Origin: a virus
Strand: one strand, 5' to 3'
Length of the DNA stretch: 64,000 bases
IMG/VR virus record: IMGVR_UViG_3300042923_000619
Coordinates: 1-64,000 of that record
The notes under the pieces were generated by a model, which had not been told where the DNA came from, did no database searches, and worked only from the letters and a program-made list of their open reading frames with translations. Positions 47,152-57,283 of this stretch are shown here, piece after piece (positions within the stretch are counted from its first letter, which is position 1; the number at the start of each line of letters is the position of its first letter). A program made the translations under genes and the position numbers.

Positions 47152-48540
47152 CTATGGTATTACTGTATAAACTGGAGTATTTGTAGAATCTAAACTCCAA
47201 TATACATAATATCCATCACTTCTTGATTCTATAGTAGTTATATACGCTCTACTTTCTAAAGATGTTAAAGATGATAAATCTTTTGAATTCAACAATTTAA
47301 TGAACAAATGTTGTTTATTACTCCCTACAATATTAGAGGTACAACCATTTCCTAAAGTATTATTATTACAACCATTTCCTAAAGTATTATTATAACAACT
47401 ACTTCCAAAAGTATTGCTTGAACATCCAATTCCTAAAGTATTATTTCTACAACTATTTCCAAAAGTATTATTACTACTATTAGGACTTATGAAATTTTCT
47501 AAACAATTATTCTCAAACATATTATTGCTATAGCTAAAACTACCATGTAAAAAATTATTTTTATTACAACCATTACCAAAACTATTATTTATACAAACAC
47601 TAGATGCTGAACCAAATACATTATTCGAACAGTTATTCCCAAAAGTAAAGCTAGTAACTTTACAAAAGAATGTGTTATTTAAAAAACTATTTTCGGAATA
47701 AAAGTTTAGAACATCTGTATAAAATATATTATTTGTTAATCCTTCATAATCACCAATATAAATATTTTTAGAATTTATTGAATTAAAAGTAATATATTCA
47801 GTATAAGAAGAAGATTTAGTAAGATATAATTTGACACCATTAGAATAACCTACAAATTTTGTGTCAATCATATCATTTGTTATAGTATTGCCTACTAAAT
47901 TGAACACATTAACATCAGTAGAACTTGTAGGGGTATTGGTATTTTTTGCAACATATATATTAGTACCACTTAGATATAAGACTCCCATTACAGCATTACC
48001 AGAAGTCCATACTGAATATGGTGTCAATGTTGTACCTATCAAATAATTGCTAGAATCTGCTGTATACCTTGCCCATAGCATAGTTCTCCAATCATTAGGT
48101 GCATTTATTTTTAATTTAGTATCATTTCTTCTTAAAATAAAACCATTTCTTGAAGTAGTACCATCTTCACATAAGTTATTAGTAAAATCATAATAAATTA
48201 TATCTTGTGGATAGTCTAAACTACTACATTCAATAGCAAACCTATTTGTATTTATTGCGGTTAACACTAGGCTTTCAACAACAGAAGATTCTTTTATTAC
48301 ATTTGTCGTTGGTTGTTGATATTTTGTTTTATAATCTGTTAATATATATTGCACTCCAGCTATTAGTGTATTGTTAGACACCATTATTTGTAATTCAGAA
48401 TAAGTTTTTGATTGTTGAGCAATATTATTAAATGCATTCTGAATTTTATCTGTATTATCATCAGTTTTTTTTAAGTCACTAGCAGTTAATACTTGTCCAT
48501 TTTCTCTGTTCATTTTTTCTAGATTTAAATTTATTGGCAT
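47152..48540 (-). CDS. Tail fibre with Asn/Cys-rich beta-solenoid repeats
   Basis: YILTDYKTKY...DIIYYDF...GFILRRND; repeated NNTFGNxCx units. Confidence 0.75.
   Translation of the reverse strand: MPINLNLEKMNRENGQVLTASDLKKTDDNTDKIQNAFNNIAQQSKTYSELQIMVSNNTLIAGVQYILTDYKTKYQQPTTNVIKESSVVESLVLTAINTNRFAIECSSLDYPQDIIYYDFTNNLCEDGTTSRNGFILRRNDTKLKINAPNDWRTMLWARYTADSSNYLIGTTLTPYSVWTSGNAVMGVLYLSGTNIYVAKNTNTPTSSTDVNVFNLVGNTITNDMIDTKFVGYSNGVKLYLTKSSSYTEYITFNSINSKNIYIGDYEGLTNNIFYTDVLNFYSENSFLNNTFFCKVTSFTFGNNCSNNVFGSASSVCINNSFGNGCNKNNFLHGSFSYSNNMFENNCLENFISPNSSNNTFGNSCRNNTLGIGCSSNTFGSSCYNNTLGNGCNNNTLGNGCTSNIVGSNKQHLFIKLLNSKDLSSLTSLESRAYITTIESRSDGYYVYWSLDSTNTPVYTVIP
47341..47475. repeat. Five 27-bp coding tandem repeats
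   Basis: Consensus ACAACCATTTCCTAAAGTATTATTATT, encoding NNT(F/L)G(N/S/I)(G/S)Cx. Confidence 0.8.
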
Positions 48541-48633
48541 ATTTTTATATCACCATCCTTTAAATTTTCACAATAAAAAAGAACAGTAATATTTATACTG
48601 TTCTAAATTGTTTATATTTGTTTTTTATAATTA

Positions 48634-49440
48634 TCATAAAGTACATTGTAAATGACTATGCAATATTCCTACTTTACCTTCACAAGTATTACTACCATTT
48701 TTTGTACACTCTGTTGTAAAACTTTCAGTACCATCATGATACTCTTTTCCTTGTTTACATAATGCGTAGTGTGTTAACTCATGAACTAAAAATTTTTCAC
48801 TAAGTAATTGTATATTTTTTGCCTTACTGTTTATTTTAATTTCAAGTGGTTTACCATCCATTGTTATTGTATTGTAACCTCCAATATTTCCATATATATC
48901 ACTATATCCAATTGGAACATCTAAAGTTAAATTATAATTGTCTTTTAACCATTGATTAGCATATGATTTTAAATCTTCATCAGTTTTTAAGTCATTAACA
49001 TAAATTTTATCACTATGTTTTCCAAATCCCTTTAGACATGAATTTCTATCACTTAGAATTAAATCACTATCACTATTTTTAATGCTATCATAATCATATC
49101 TACACTTATCTAATAAAGAATCACTTGCAAAATTTATTTCAGTTAATGATTCTACTGGTTTAAATTTGTATTCCATTTTTGAACTATTATATGAATACCA
49201 ACTACCATCTTGATATTTAATTGTTGTAGTACCAGTATTATCAACATTAGCTGTACTTATATAATGATTATCATTACTTGTAAGTCCATTATTAACAATC
49301 ATATATTTATTGCAAAAGTCATTTATGTTTTTTATACCATCATCAGCAAAACATGTACTAATCATTGACATACTTATTATAGCAGTAGCTATTAAAGTTT
49401 TTATTAATCCTTTTATATTTTTAATTTTCATAAAATTCAA
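48634..49440 (-). CDS. Secreted SprT-like HExxH zinc metalloprotease (moron)
   Basis: Signal peptide; LVHELTHYAL...YHDG; own promoter and terminator. Confidence 0.65.
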   Translation of the reverse strand: MNFMKIKNIKGLIKTLIATAIISMSMISTCFADDGIKNINDFCNKYMIVNNGLTSNDNHYISTANVDNTGTTTIKYQDGSWYSYNSSKMEYKFKPVESLTEINFASDSLLDKCRYDYDSIKNSDSDLILSDRNSCLKGFGKHSDKIYVNDLKTDEDLKSYANQWLKDNYNLTLDVPIGYSDIYGNIGGYNTITMDGKPLEIKINSKAKNIQLLSEKFLVHELTHYALCKQGKEYHDGTESFTTECTKNGSNTCEGKVGILHSHLQCTL

Positions 49441-49503
49441 CTCCCTTTAATAATTATATTATATCAAAATTTTACTTTAAATTCTATTTCTTTCTATAAT
49501 ATA

Positions 49504-49532
49504 ATTTTACTACTATAGCAAAAGAATGTCAA
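49504..49532 (-). promoter_or_regulatory. SigA promoter of the 48634..49440 moron
   Basis: TTGACA-17 bp-TAAAAT on the minus strand. Confidence 0.65.
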
Positions 49533-49598
49533 CTATTATTCTATTAATTTATTAAAATTTTATAATTAACATTCTTTTAAAATTCCAATTTTAATTTA

Positions 49599-51200
49599 TT
49601 AATTACCTATTACTATATATGACCAATCATTTATACTTCCTTCTATTGGTATTTTAAAGCCTCCATAAAAAATATTGGTATTATCTAATATATATATTAA
49701 TGTTTCTTGTTTATCTGTGTCTCTAGTATAATGCCCTAATGCACTTAAAAAGTATTGATTAGAAGATGTTTGTGACGAGTAACATCCTAATATTGGAACA
49801 TAAGTTATACTGGTGTTATTATATATAATTATTGTATTTGGAGTAAAATCTAATCCCTGAAGTAATAAATAATCAGATGGTACAGGTAATATTCTATTAT
49901 TTTGAACTTGTTTAAATGTTATACCACTAGACCAAGTATTAGCATTTAACGTTCCTGTTTTAACTTGCATTCCACCCATACTTTGTAATGTTATATTAGC
50001 TACTAAACTAACCAAATTTCTTAAACTATTATTACTATTAGCACTAACACCTTTATTAACTAAATTACTTGCTAATATATTTTTGTCTGTTTGTATTTCA
50101 TTATTTATTTCACCAAATGTATTGCTACTTGTCACAGTACCAACAGTGTTAGCAATACTAGTTTTCCCACTATTGGCTAACGTAAAAGCCGAATTTGCTT
50201 TATTCATAACCTCTGCAAAACAAGCTTCAGCATTAGTTCCATTATATAAATTTCCACTATCAACTACATTTACTTTACTTGCAGTTAAATCAATTGTATT
50301 TACCTTCGTCATAACCTCTGTTAAAGCATCTTCTACATTAGTACTTGTATACATATTTCCAATATCAACTAAAGTTACATCACTAGCTTTTACATTTTGT
50401 CTAACCCATGTATTATTATCTGAATATCTTTTAAATACATTCTCGCCTACATTAGTATCCCACCATATAATACTAGTATCCAATGGAGTATCTGTTCCTA
50501 CCCATATTTTTTCTCCACATTTCCATCTTGCTGTGTCTGTTGGATTTATTCCTACTGTACCATCAACTATACAATAATACAATCTATGATTATATACACA
50601 AGCATCTCCAGTATTGTATGTTATTGTATTATCAAAATTACCTGTATTATCTGTTCCTTTTTTAATAGATATGTTTAATGATGGGTCTCCTTTTTCTCCT
50701 TTTATCATAAATCTTAACCAATATGTATCTGTAGAAACTTCATTATTTGGTTCATGATTTAAATTGTTATCTACTTTACTTAAAAATAAAAACTCTCCAT
50801 GTCTTACAAAATTACCTGTAGAATATGTAGTTGTTGAGTTCCAATCTCCTTTTTCAGAATAATTAGATATTATTTGATTTATTTCTGCTTGTTTTTGTTC
50901 TACAAATACTACTATTCCATCTCTCATATACATTTGCATTCCACGAATACATGCACATAATTTATTCCATGTATCTGAAGTTGGTAAATATTCTTGTAAA
51001 TTAACTGCCAATTGTGTCATTTCAGCTTTTTCTGCATCTGTAGTAAATGTTTTATTTTTTAAAACATAATATCTATCTATCATATCAGAATGTGCTTTAT
51101 CCACATCCTGAAAGACTATGAAACTATCTGGATTTAAATTATCATCTGTTGTAAATGTAGACCATCTAGTCACTAAGTCATCTGTCATATAAGTTGCCAT
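49599..51200 (-). CDS. Minor tail/fibre protein with CBM5/12-like modules
   Basis: WNSTTTYSTGNFVRHGEFLFLSK and YNTGDACVYNHRLYYC. Confidence 0.7.
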   Translation of the reverse strand: MATYMTDDLVTRWSTFTTDDNLNPDSFIVFQDVDKAHSDMIDRYYVLKNKTFTTDAEKAEMTQLAVNLQEYLPTSDTWNKLCACIRGMQMYMRDGIVVFVEQKQAEINQIISNYSEKGDWNSTTTYSTGNFVRHGEFLFLSKVDNNLNHEPNNEVSTDTYWLRFMIKGEKGDPSLNISIKKGTDNTGNFDNTITYNTGDACVYNHRLYYCIVDGTVGINPTDTARWKCGEKIWVGTDTPLDTSIIWWDTNVGENVFKRYSDNNTWVRQNVKASDVTLVDIGNMYTSTNVEDALTEVMTKVNTIDLTASKVNVVDSGNLYNGTNAEACFAEVMNKANSAFTLANSGKTSIANTVGTVTSSNTFGEINNEIQTDKNILASNLVNKGVSANSNNSLRNLVSLVANITLQSMGGMQVKTGTLNANTWSSGITFKQVQNNRILPVPSDYLLLQGLDFTPNTIIIYNNTSITYVPILGCYSSQTSSNQYFLSALGHYTRDTDKQETLIYILDNTNIFYGGFKIPIEGSINDWSYIVIGN

Positions 51201-51250
51201 TAGTTTCCCTCCTTATTTTTTCATAATAAAAATAAGCCAAGAAATTCATC

Positions 51251-53905
51251 CTAGCCTATTCTTACATCACTATTGAACCATTGTTTTATATTACTTAAAT
51301 TCCAACTTGGATTACCATCTGTAAATATACTTTCAGCACTATCAAATTCTTTATTTATAGTAATAACGTCTGATAATAAATAAACTGAATTTGTGTCTTT
51401 TTTATAGATTGTAAATTTAATTATCTTATTTTTATACTTGACACAATTTGCTTTTACCTTATTTCCAATATTTAAGTTACTAATATCTTGTATTGAAAAT
51501 AAAGATAGAATCTTAAAAGTCATATTATAACAATCATCTTTTGAATCTGACAATGTAGATACTTTAGTATTCTTAGGTATTCTTACACCAAATCTTATAC
51601 CTGTAGTATTACTATTGGGATAAATAGTTGATGAACTTTCATCTGTATTAAATACTTTTAATTTATTGTTATCAACAGTATCAATTGTTCTAGTGAAATA
51701 TGGAATATCTGCACCTAATTTTATTTCATTACTATATCCTAATACCATTTCTCCAAGTCTAGCTGTTCCTAATATCGCATCCATATTTGAAAGATTAAGT
51801 TCGTCCAATGTTGGAATATATACTTTTACGCTATCTCCATCAATTACATTGTCCATTAATATATTTTTAAAGTCTTCATGTATATAACTCAAAAATCCAT
51901 TTTCACTTGCATAACTTGGCATTTCATCATTATCATAAGATTTTTTGTACCATGTTGATCTACCATTTACAACTCTTTTTACATCAAAGTTCATTAATCC
52001 CAATGCTGTATCATTTTGAATATAAAAATATAACACATCTGTTGTCAATATATCTCCTACAACAAATGAATGTAATTCATATAATTTAATTCCACTTACA
52101 AATTTAGATAGTGAAAACATATTATTATATCTAGATAATTGTATATAATTTTTGTCATCTAATTCAAATTTAATTAGCATTACATCATGTAATTCAAGGT
52201 CTCTTGCCCATATTTTAGCAGTCCAATCTCCTTCTAGACGGAACGCCCCGTCCTTATCCCATATTACTACTGTGTTATGTAAATCAGCCCAAGTTCCATC
52301 TATATAATTTATATCATTCCCACTATAAATACGTCCTCTAATTTGTCTGACATAGCTTGTTATTTTTACACTTCCTGTAGTTGGACTATTTTCAAGTTTC
52401 ATAACTGCTGGTAATTTAGTTTGCAAAAAAACACAATAAAAATCTTGTGATATACTTGTTTCCATACCACTTGCTGTTTTTACTTTTAACTCTATAGTAT
52501 AATTTGTTTTATTTTCTAAATTAGAAAATTGATATTGTAATAATTTATCTAATAAAACACCGCTTGAAGCGATTAATGCACCATCTTCATATAAATTATA
52601 AACATAACTATATAATTCATCTGCTTCATTTTGACTATATGTAGCCATCATTACTGGATTAGGACTTTCTATTTTACCATCAATAATTGTTGTTACGTTT
52701 AGACTTGGTGGAGTCAAGCACTTTACAAGAACAGTATCGCTCCATGTCGAATACTGACCATTTGAATTATATGTTCTAATTTTTATTTGATATGTATGAC
52801 CATTACTTAATGTATTAAGTGGTATTGTATTATTAAATTCAAAACTTTCTATTTTTTTGTTATAAATTATAATTGATGAATTTATATTGTCTACAACATT
52901 TATTTCATTTGCATATACTAATTCACCACCAACCACATTAAATTTAATAATATTATCAACTAATGCGTTTATTGGTGCTAAAGAAAGTGAATTTGTTGGG
53001 GTTATAATTATAGGTCTTGTTAAATTAATTCCTGTTCCACTTGTATTATCCACTATTTTATTAAAAGTCCAAGTTCTTAATACAACATTATCACATGTAT
53101 CTGTAGTTCTTATTACAACTGTATGATTTCCAGCAGATAAATTAGTCCAAAGCGTTCCCAACAAACTATATATGAATTTAGTTTTACTAGGTTGATTTTC
53201 TAAAGTCCGTGTAACTGTTCCATCAAGTATTTCTTCAACTTTAAACAAATCATTTTCTGGGTCAGTAATTGTATATTCTTGTGTTATGCTTGAAGTAAAA
53301 TTTCCTAAAAATCTATCACTATCTGATATAACTGGAGGTTGATTATATTTCTCTAACATAATTCTCCAATTTGAGTTATCAGTTACTAATATGTTATTAG
53401 TTGTATTTATTGCATTACCACCTCTAATAATTACATTACTGCCACTAATATCTTTAGTTAAAGAAGGTGATTTCCACCAATGAAGTAAAGTGTTTGTATC
53501 AGAAGTAGAGATAGTTGTATCATTATAATTTCCAGTCAAATCATTTGAATTTGGAGTTAATAATGTATTTAAGTTAACTTGATTTAATACAAAATCGTCC
53601 CATTCTTTACTAGTAATTAATCTTATCTTATATTGATATTGATTTATAGTTACCATAGAATTTCCACCAACAAAGCCTTGAATATTCAATTGATTATAAC
53701 TTATTCCACTTAATAAATTTTTAGTAGATAATAAATACTCATGTGCGCCACTATTAATAACTAACCATTCAATATCTGTTCCACTAGATTTTAATTCTAA
53801 AACTGCATTGTTAATATAAGTAATTGGTGCAGATGAGAAATTAACTTGTATTCCATTTTGAAACAAACTACCTTGTACTATTTTTTGTACTGACAACATC
53901 CTCAC
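51251..53905 (-). CDS. Large tail/baseplate protein with Ig/FN3-like domains
   Basis: YSLLGTLWTNLSAGNHTVVIRTTD, LSNGHTYQIKIRTY, LENKTNYTIELKVKT; located in the tail operon. Confidence 0.7.
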   Translation of the reverse strand: MRMLSVQKIVQGSLFQNGIQVNFSSAPITYINNAVLELKSSGTDIEWLVINSGAHEYLLSTKNLLSGISYNQLNIQGFVGGNSMVTINQYQYKIRLITSKEWDDFVLNQVNLNTLLTPNSNDLTGNYNDTTISTSDTNTLLHWWKSPSLTKDISGSNVIIRGGNAINTTNNILVTDNSNWRIMLEKYNQPPVISDSDRFLGNFTSSITQEYTITDPENDLFKVEEILDGTVTRTLENQPSKTKFIYSLLGTLWTNLSAGNHTVVIRTTDTCDNVVLRTWTFNKIVDNTSGTGINLTRPIIITPTNSLSLAPINALVDNIIKFNVVGGELVYANEINVVDNINSSIIIYNKKIESFEFNNTIPLNTLSNGHTYQIKIRTYNSNGQYSTWSDTVLVKCLTPPSLNVTTIIDGKIESPNPVMMATYSQNEADELYSYVYNLYEDGALIASSGVLLDKLLQYQFSNLENKTNYTIELKVKTASGMETSISQDFYCVFLQTKLPAVMKLENSPTTGSVKITSYVRQIRGRIYSGNDINYIDGTWADLHNTVVIWDKDGAFRLEGDWTAKIWARDLELHDVMLIKFELDDKNYIQLSRYNNMFSLSKFVSGIKLYELHSFVVGDILTTDVLYFYIQNDTALGLMNFDVKRVVNGRSTWYKKSYDNDEMPSYASENGFLSYIHEDFKNILMDNVIDGDSVKVYIPTLDELNLSNMDAILGTARLGEMVLGYSNEIKLGADIPYFTRTIDTVDNNKLKVFNTDESSSTIYPNSNTTGIRFGVRIPKNTKVSTLSDSKDDCYNMTFKILSLFSIQDISNLNIGNKVKANCVKYKNKIIKFTIYKKDTNSVYLLSDVITINKEFDSAESIFTDGNPSWNLSNIKQWFNSDVRIG

Positions 53906-53927
53906 TCCTTTCTTTTATTAATTTATT

Positions 53928-54845
53928 TTAATTTGTTGATACTTCGTAAGTTAAATTGTTTTTTTGTAAAATTTCTATATTTTTACCATTATCTATTTCG
54001 GTAAATGTTGAACTGTATTTCCATAGTCCCCATGCGCAATCGTCTCCAAATAAAGGATTCTTTTTAATATCAGTTAATACTCCTAAAGTATAAAAACTAT
54101 GATTTCTTACTAACATTGGTTTGCCACTATGTATAAAATCTTCAAATCCTTCTCTATAAGCATTTTCTATAGCAAAATCTACTTTTCCTCCATTTTCTTC
54201 ACAATTTAAACTTATTAAATCAAATGTCAAATTACCTGACATATATTTAGAACTTCCACATAATATTGCTGGATATTGAGATGATAAAGTTTTTACAATA
54301 GTTTTATCTTCGTTCAGTGATATATCACTTAAATTTAAATCAAATCTTATTGGATAATTAACTAAATCTCCATCACTATTTCTACCAGTTAAAAATAAAC
54401 TTTTGTATAATGGGGATATTATCCCTGTAACTCCAACACCTTCGAAATTTTGAACCACTGGAACTAATGAATACTCATAATTTTTACTGTTCTCTATATA
54501 AAAGTCTTCAATATCATAATTTTCTATATCATCACTAAAAGGATAATCTATCATAGTTTCCCATGATAAATCACCAACTTTTCTTCTCTTAAATCTAATT
54601 TTTTGAATTTTAATTCCTCCTGCCATCAAGTTTCCTGCTTCAAGTGAATTCAAGAAATGGCAAAGAAAACCTGTATTCATATCCCAAGGAGTTTGAATTA
54701 TCGAATTTTCACTGTCTAAAGTTTCATCTATTTTAATTTCGTCATAAATACCATTACTTGCATAAAGACTAGCGACTTTTTTAGAAGTATCACATCTGTT
54801 TAAAAAAGGAGTATTATTAAAACCAAACCTAGTTATAAAACCCAT
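53928..54845 (-). CDS. Tail protein
   Basis: Position downstream of the tape measure gene; DFYIENSKNYEYSLVPV. Confidence 0.6.
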   Translation of the reverse strand: MGFITRFGFNNTPFLNRCDTSKKVASLYASNGIYDEIKIDETLDSENSIIQTPWDMNTGFLCHFLNSLEAGNLMAGGIKIQKIRFKRRKVGDLSWETMIDYPFSDDIENYDIEDFYIENSKNYEYSLVPVVQNFEGVGVTGIISPLYKSLFLTGRNSDGDLVNYPIRFDLNLSDISLNEDKTIVKTLSSQYPAILCGSSKYMSGNLTFDLISLNCEENGGKVDFAIENAYREGFEDFIHSGKPMLVRNHSFYTLGVLTDIKKNPLFGDDCAWGLWKYSSTFTEIDNGKNIEILQKNNLTYEVSTN

Positions 54846-54973
54846 ATATTTATTGTCACCTCAATTCTTTTAAAATCTACGTTTTATTCTATTAATTTAT
54901 TTCTTGTGTTTTTATTTTTACATAATAAAAGAACCTAGATTATTTTCTAGGTTCTTAAAAATATTATATTTAA

Positions 54974-55648
54974 TTACTTTGTGAAATCATAATCATCTAT
55001 TGTAGTATCCCAATGAAAATCTGTTATATTACCATTTTCATTATAATTTTTCCAAGTTAAAAATTGTGTTTTTGAATATCCAACTTTTAAATTAGGGTAT
55101 TCATAAAAGCTATCAAAAAATCCACCCATTACTTTTGTATTACTTTTTCCACATCCATATATAAAAGCATCACCAATAAGTTTTTGATAATTTCTTAATA
55201 ATTCTTTCGTTTTAATTTTATCTTCACTACTAATTTTTGTTGAATATTCTAATAAATAAGGATGAAATATAGTTATTTGATAAGGAGAATTAGATATTTC
55301 TCCAAATTCAGTCTGTACCCAGTAATCATAATCTGCAACTCCATAAGTATCAGTATTTATTGTAAATTTGAATTTTAACATTCCTATTGGAGTATTTAAT
55401 GTATTATATTTTGTATTCAATTCATTTTGTAAATCAGATAATGTTTCTACTTTTGAATTACCATTATTATTATTTACATTAGTAGTATTTGTGTTATTGG
55501 AATCAATATTAGTATTATTAACTATTTGACCATAATTGATATTATTTGTAACATTATTTATAGTTGTTTTATCTTCTGCCATTGTAGGTACAATAGAATT
55601 TACCATAATACTAGTTGATACAATCGCCATTAATATTATTTTTTTCAT
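54974..55648 (-). CDS. Secreted hypothetical protein with Asn-rich linker (moron)
   Basis: Signal peptide MKKIILMAIVSTSIMV...PTMA; AT-rich upstream region with TGGTATAAT; terminator AAGAACCTAG/CTAGGTTCTT at 54929-54956. Confidence 0.65.
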   Translation of the reverse strand: MKKIILMAIVSTSIMVNSIVPTMAEDKTTINNVTNNINYGQIVNNTNIDSNNTNTTNVNNNNGNSKVETLSDLQNELNTKYNTLNTPIGMLKFKFTINTDTYGVADYDYWVQTEFGEISNSPYQITIFHPYLLEYSTKISSEDKIKTKELLRNYQKLIGDAFIYGCGKSNTKVMGGFFDSFYEYPNLKVGYSKTQFLTWKNYNENGNITDFHWDTTIDDYDFTK

Positions 55649-55765
55649 AATTTAACATCCCCCTTATTAAATACATATTATATGTTATTATACCATAATT
55701 TTCTTATGTTTTATATAATTTTATAATAATACTTTTTAAGTTAGATGTAAATGTAAATTATTATT

Positions 55766-56920
55766 TTACAATGATGGATATAATTTATGACATGTTAAAT
55801 TCATAAGCCCGTTTGATTTTAAATCTATATTTATATCATCTATTAAATAATAACCATCTATATGTAAATTATCTGAATATGAATCATAATACACTTTAAT
55901 TTTCTGATTAGGCTCTAATCTATAGTCTGGAATTATACTCATTGTCAATTTTTCTTTATAATTAGTCCTTTTAGTACATTCAAATTTTGCTTGAGAAGCA
56001 CATTGTTCATTTGTATATAATTTGTCAAAACTCAAAGTTATTGGTCTTTCTCCATATATTCCATTCACATTTAAAGGATTGTTAGAATTGGTTTCTTTAT
56101 ACTGACCTATATGTTGTATTCCATCAGAAGTTGTCATTCCTACGACATTTACAACATTTCTAACATTATCAAATTGTTCATCTATTTGATATGATACAAC
56201 TATTTCCGAGTTTATGAATTCTTGAACAATAGGGTCAGTTGTTCTATCTTTTATATATTCAAATACTAATACACCTTCATTATTAAAATATAAATCATAA
56301 TTTAATGCATCAGCCATAATTGATTTTAAATGGTCAGTAATGTTTGACTCTGGTGAAGTTGAGATTTCTTCAATTATTAATGAATCTGTATGTTCTATTT
56401 TTATTTTATCTATAGGTAAATTCATCATTGATTGACTTGTTGCTACTGCTTGAATCTCACTCGATATATTGTTTCCGCTTGGCACTTTTGCAGTCATACT
56501 TGGGTCTACAGATTTTCCAAAAGTTCCATCATAATCTGCCATTAAATCAACTAAATTGACTGTTATTTTTTCAGAACCTACTGCTTGGCTTATTTGAGGA
56601 TTACTAAGTAAAAAAATGCCTTTGTCATATGTTGCTGATACTCCAGTAACTAAATCTGTTACATTTACAAGTATTCTTACTTTATGTGCTAAATCAATTT
56701 TATAATATTGAGTTGATAATGCTTTTGTTAAATTTAAATCTAGACTTCCACTACGTCTACTATAATTAGAATCAGTACTGTTTTTAATTGTTATAGTTCC
56801 ACTATTAACATCTCCTTGCAATTCATCAACTACATTATAATCGTTATTTAATAATTGAATTATGACACTTGTATTTCTGTTTCTACTTCTTGCACATATT
56901 TCTTGAGCATTATATTCCAT
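55766..56920 (-). CDS. Tail hub-like protein
   Basis: RRSGSLDL...GIFLLSNP...LYFNNEGVLVF...VRNVVNVVG...IPDYRLEPN. Confidence 0.6.
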   Translation of the reverse strand: MEYNAQEICARSRNRNTSVIIQLLNNDYNVVDELQGDVNSGTITIKNSTDSNYSRRSGSLDLNLTKALSTQYYKIDLAHKVRILVNVTDLVTGVSATYDKGIFLLSNPQISQAVGSEKITVNLVDLMADYDGTFGKSVDPSMTAKVPSGNNISSEIQAVATSQSMMNLPIDKIKIEHTDSLIIEEISTSPESNITDHLKSIMADALNYDLYFNNEGVLVFEYIKDRTTDPIVQEFINSEIVVSYQIDEQFDNVRNVVNVVGMTTSDGIQHIGQYKETNSNNPLNVNGIYGERPITLSFDKLYTNEQCASQAKFECTKRTNYKEKLTMSIIPDYRLEPNQKIKVYYDSYSDNLHIDGYYLIDDINIDLKSNGLMNLTCHKLYPSL

Positions 56921-56944
56921 TTAATAAACCTCCTTTTTAAAATT

Positions 56945-57238
56945 TTACCAATTAGGCTTTTTACATTCTATATATTTTCTGCTAAAATTTCCATTACTTA
57001 ATCGAATTAGAACAGCATCGTTGATTTGATAATTTGTAGAATCATTCTCTTTTTTAGGAACACTATACTCTATATTATCTATATTTACTATATATTTTCC
57101 ATTGCTATCAATATTTGATTTTATATATCCTATTTTTTCTGTTGTATAAATAAAGTTTTTTAAATATTTAATTATCTCTATATCTATCAATTCAACCAAC
57201 CCTTCACTGTGCGAAATCATTGATATCATTCCTTTCAT
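56945..57238 (-). CDS. Small tail-region protein
   Basis: ORF right after the tape measure gene. Confidence 0.55.
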   Translation of the reverse strand: MKGMISMISHSEGLVELIDIEIIKYLKNFIYTTEKIGYIKSNIDSNGKYIVNIDNIEYSVPKKENDSTNYQINDAVLIRLSNGNFSRKYIECKKPNW

Positions 57239-57283
57239 TATTAATAAAGACTATTAGAATTATAACTCTAATAGTCTTATAAT

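Noticed and set aside
47341-47475. CRISPR-like or DGR repeat
   Set aside because: The units are contiguous in-frame coding repeats with no spacers, and no RT or template repeat is in the window.
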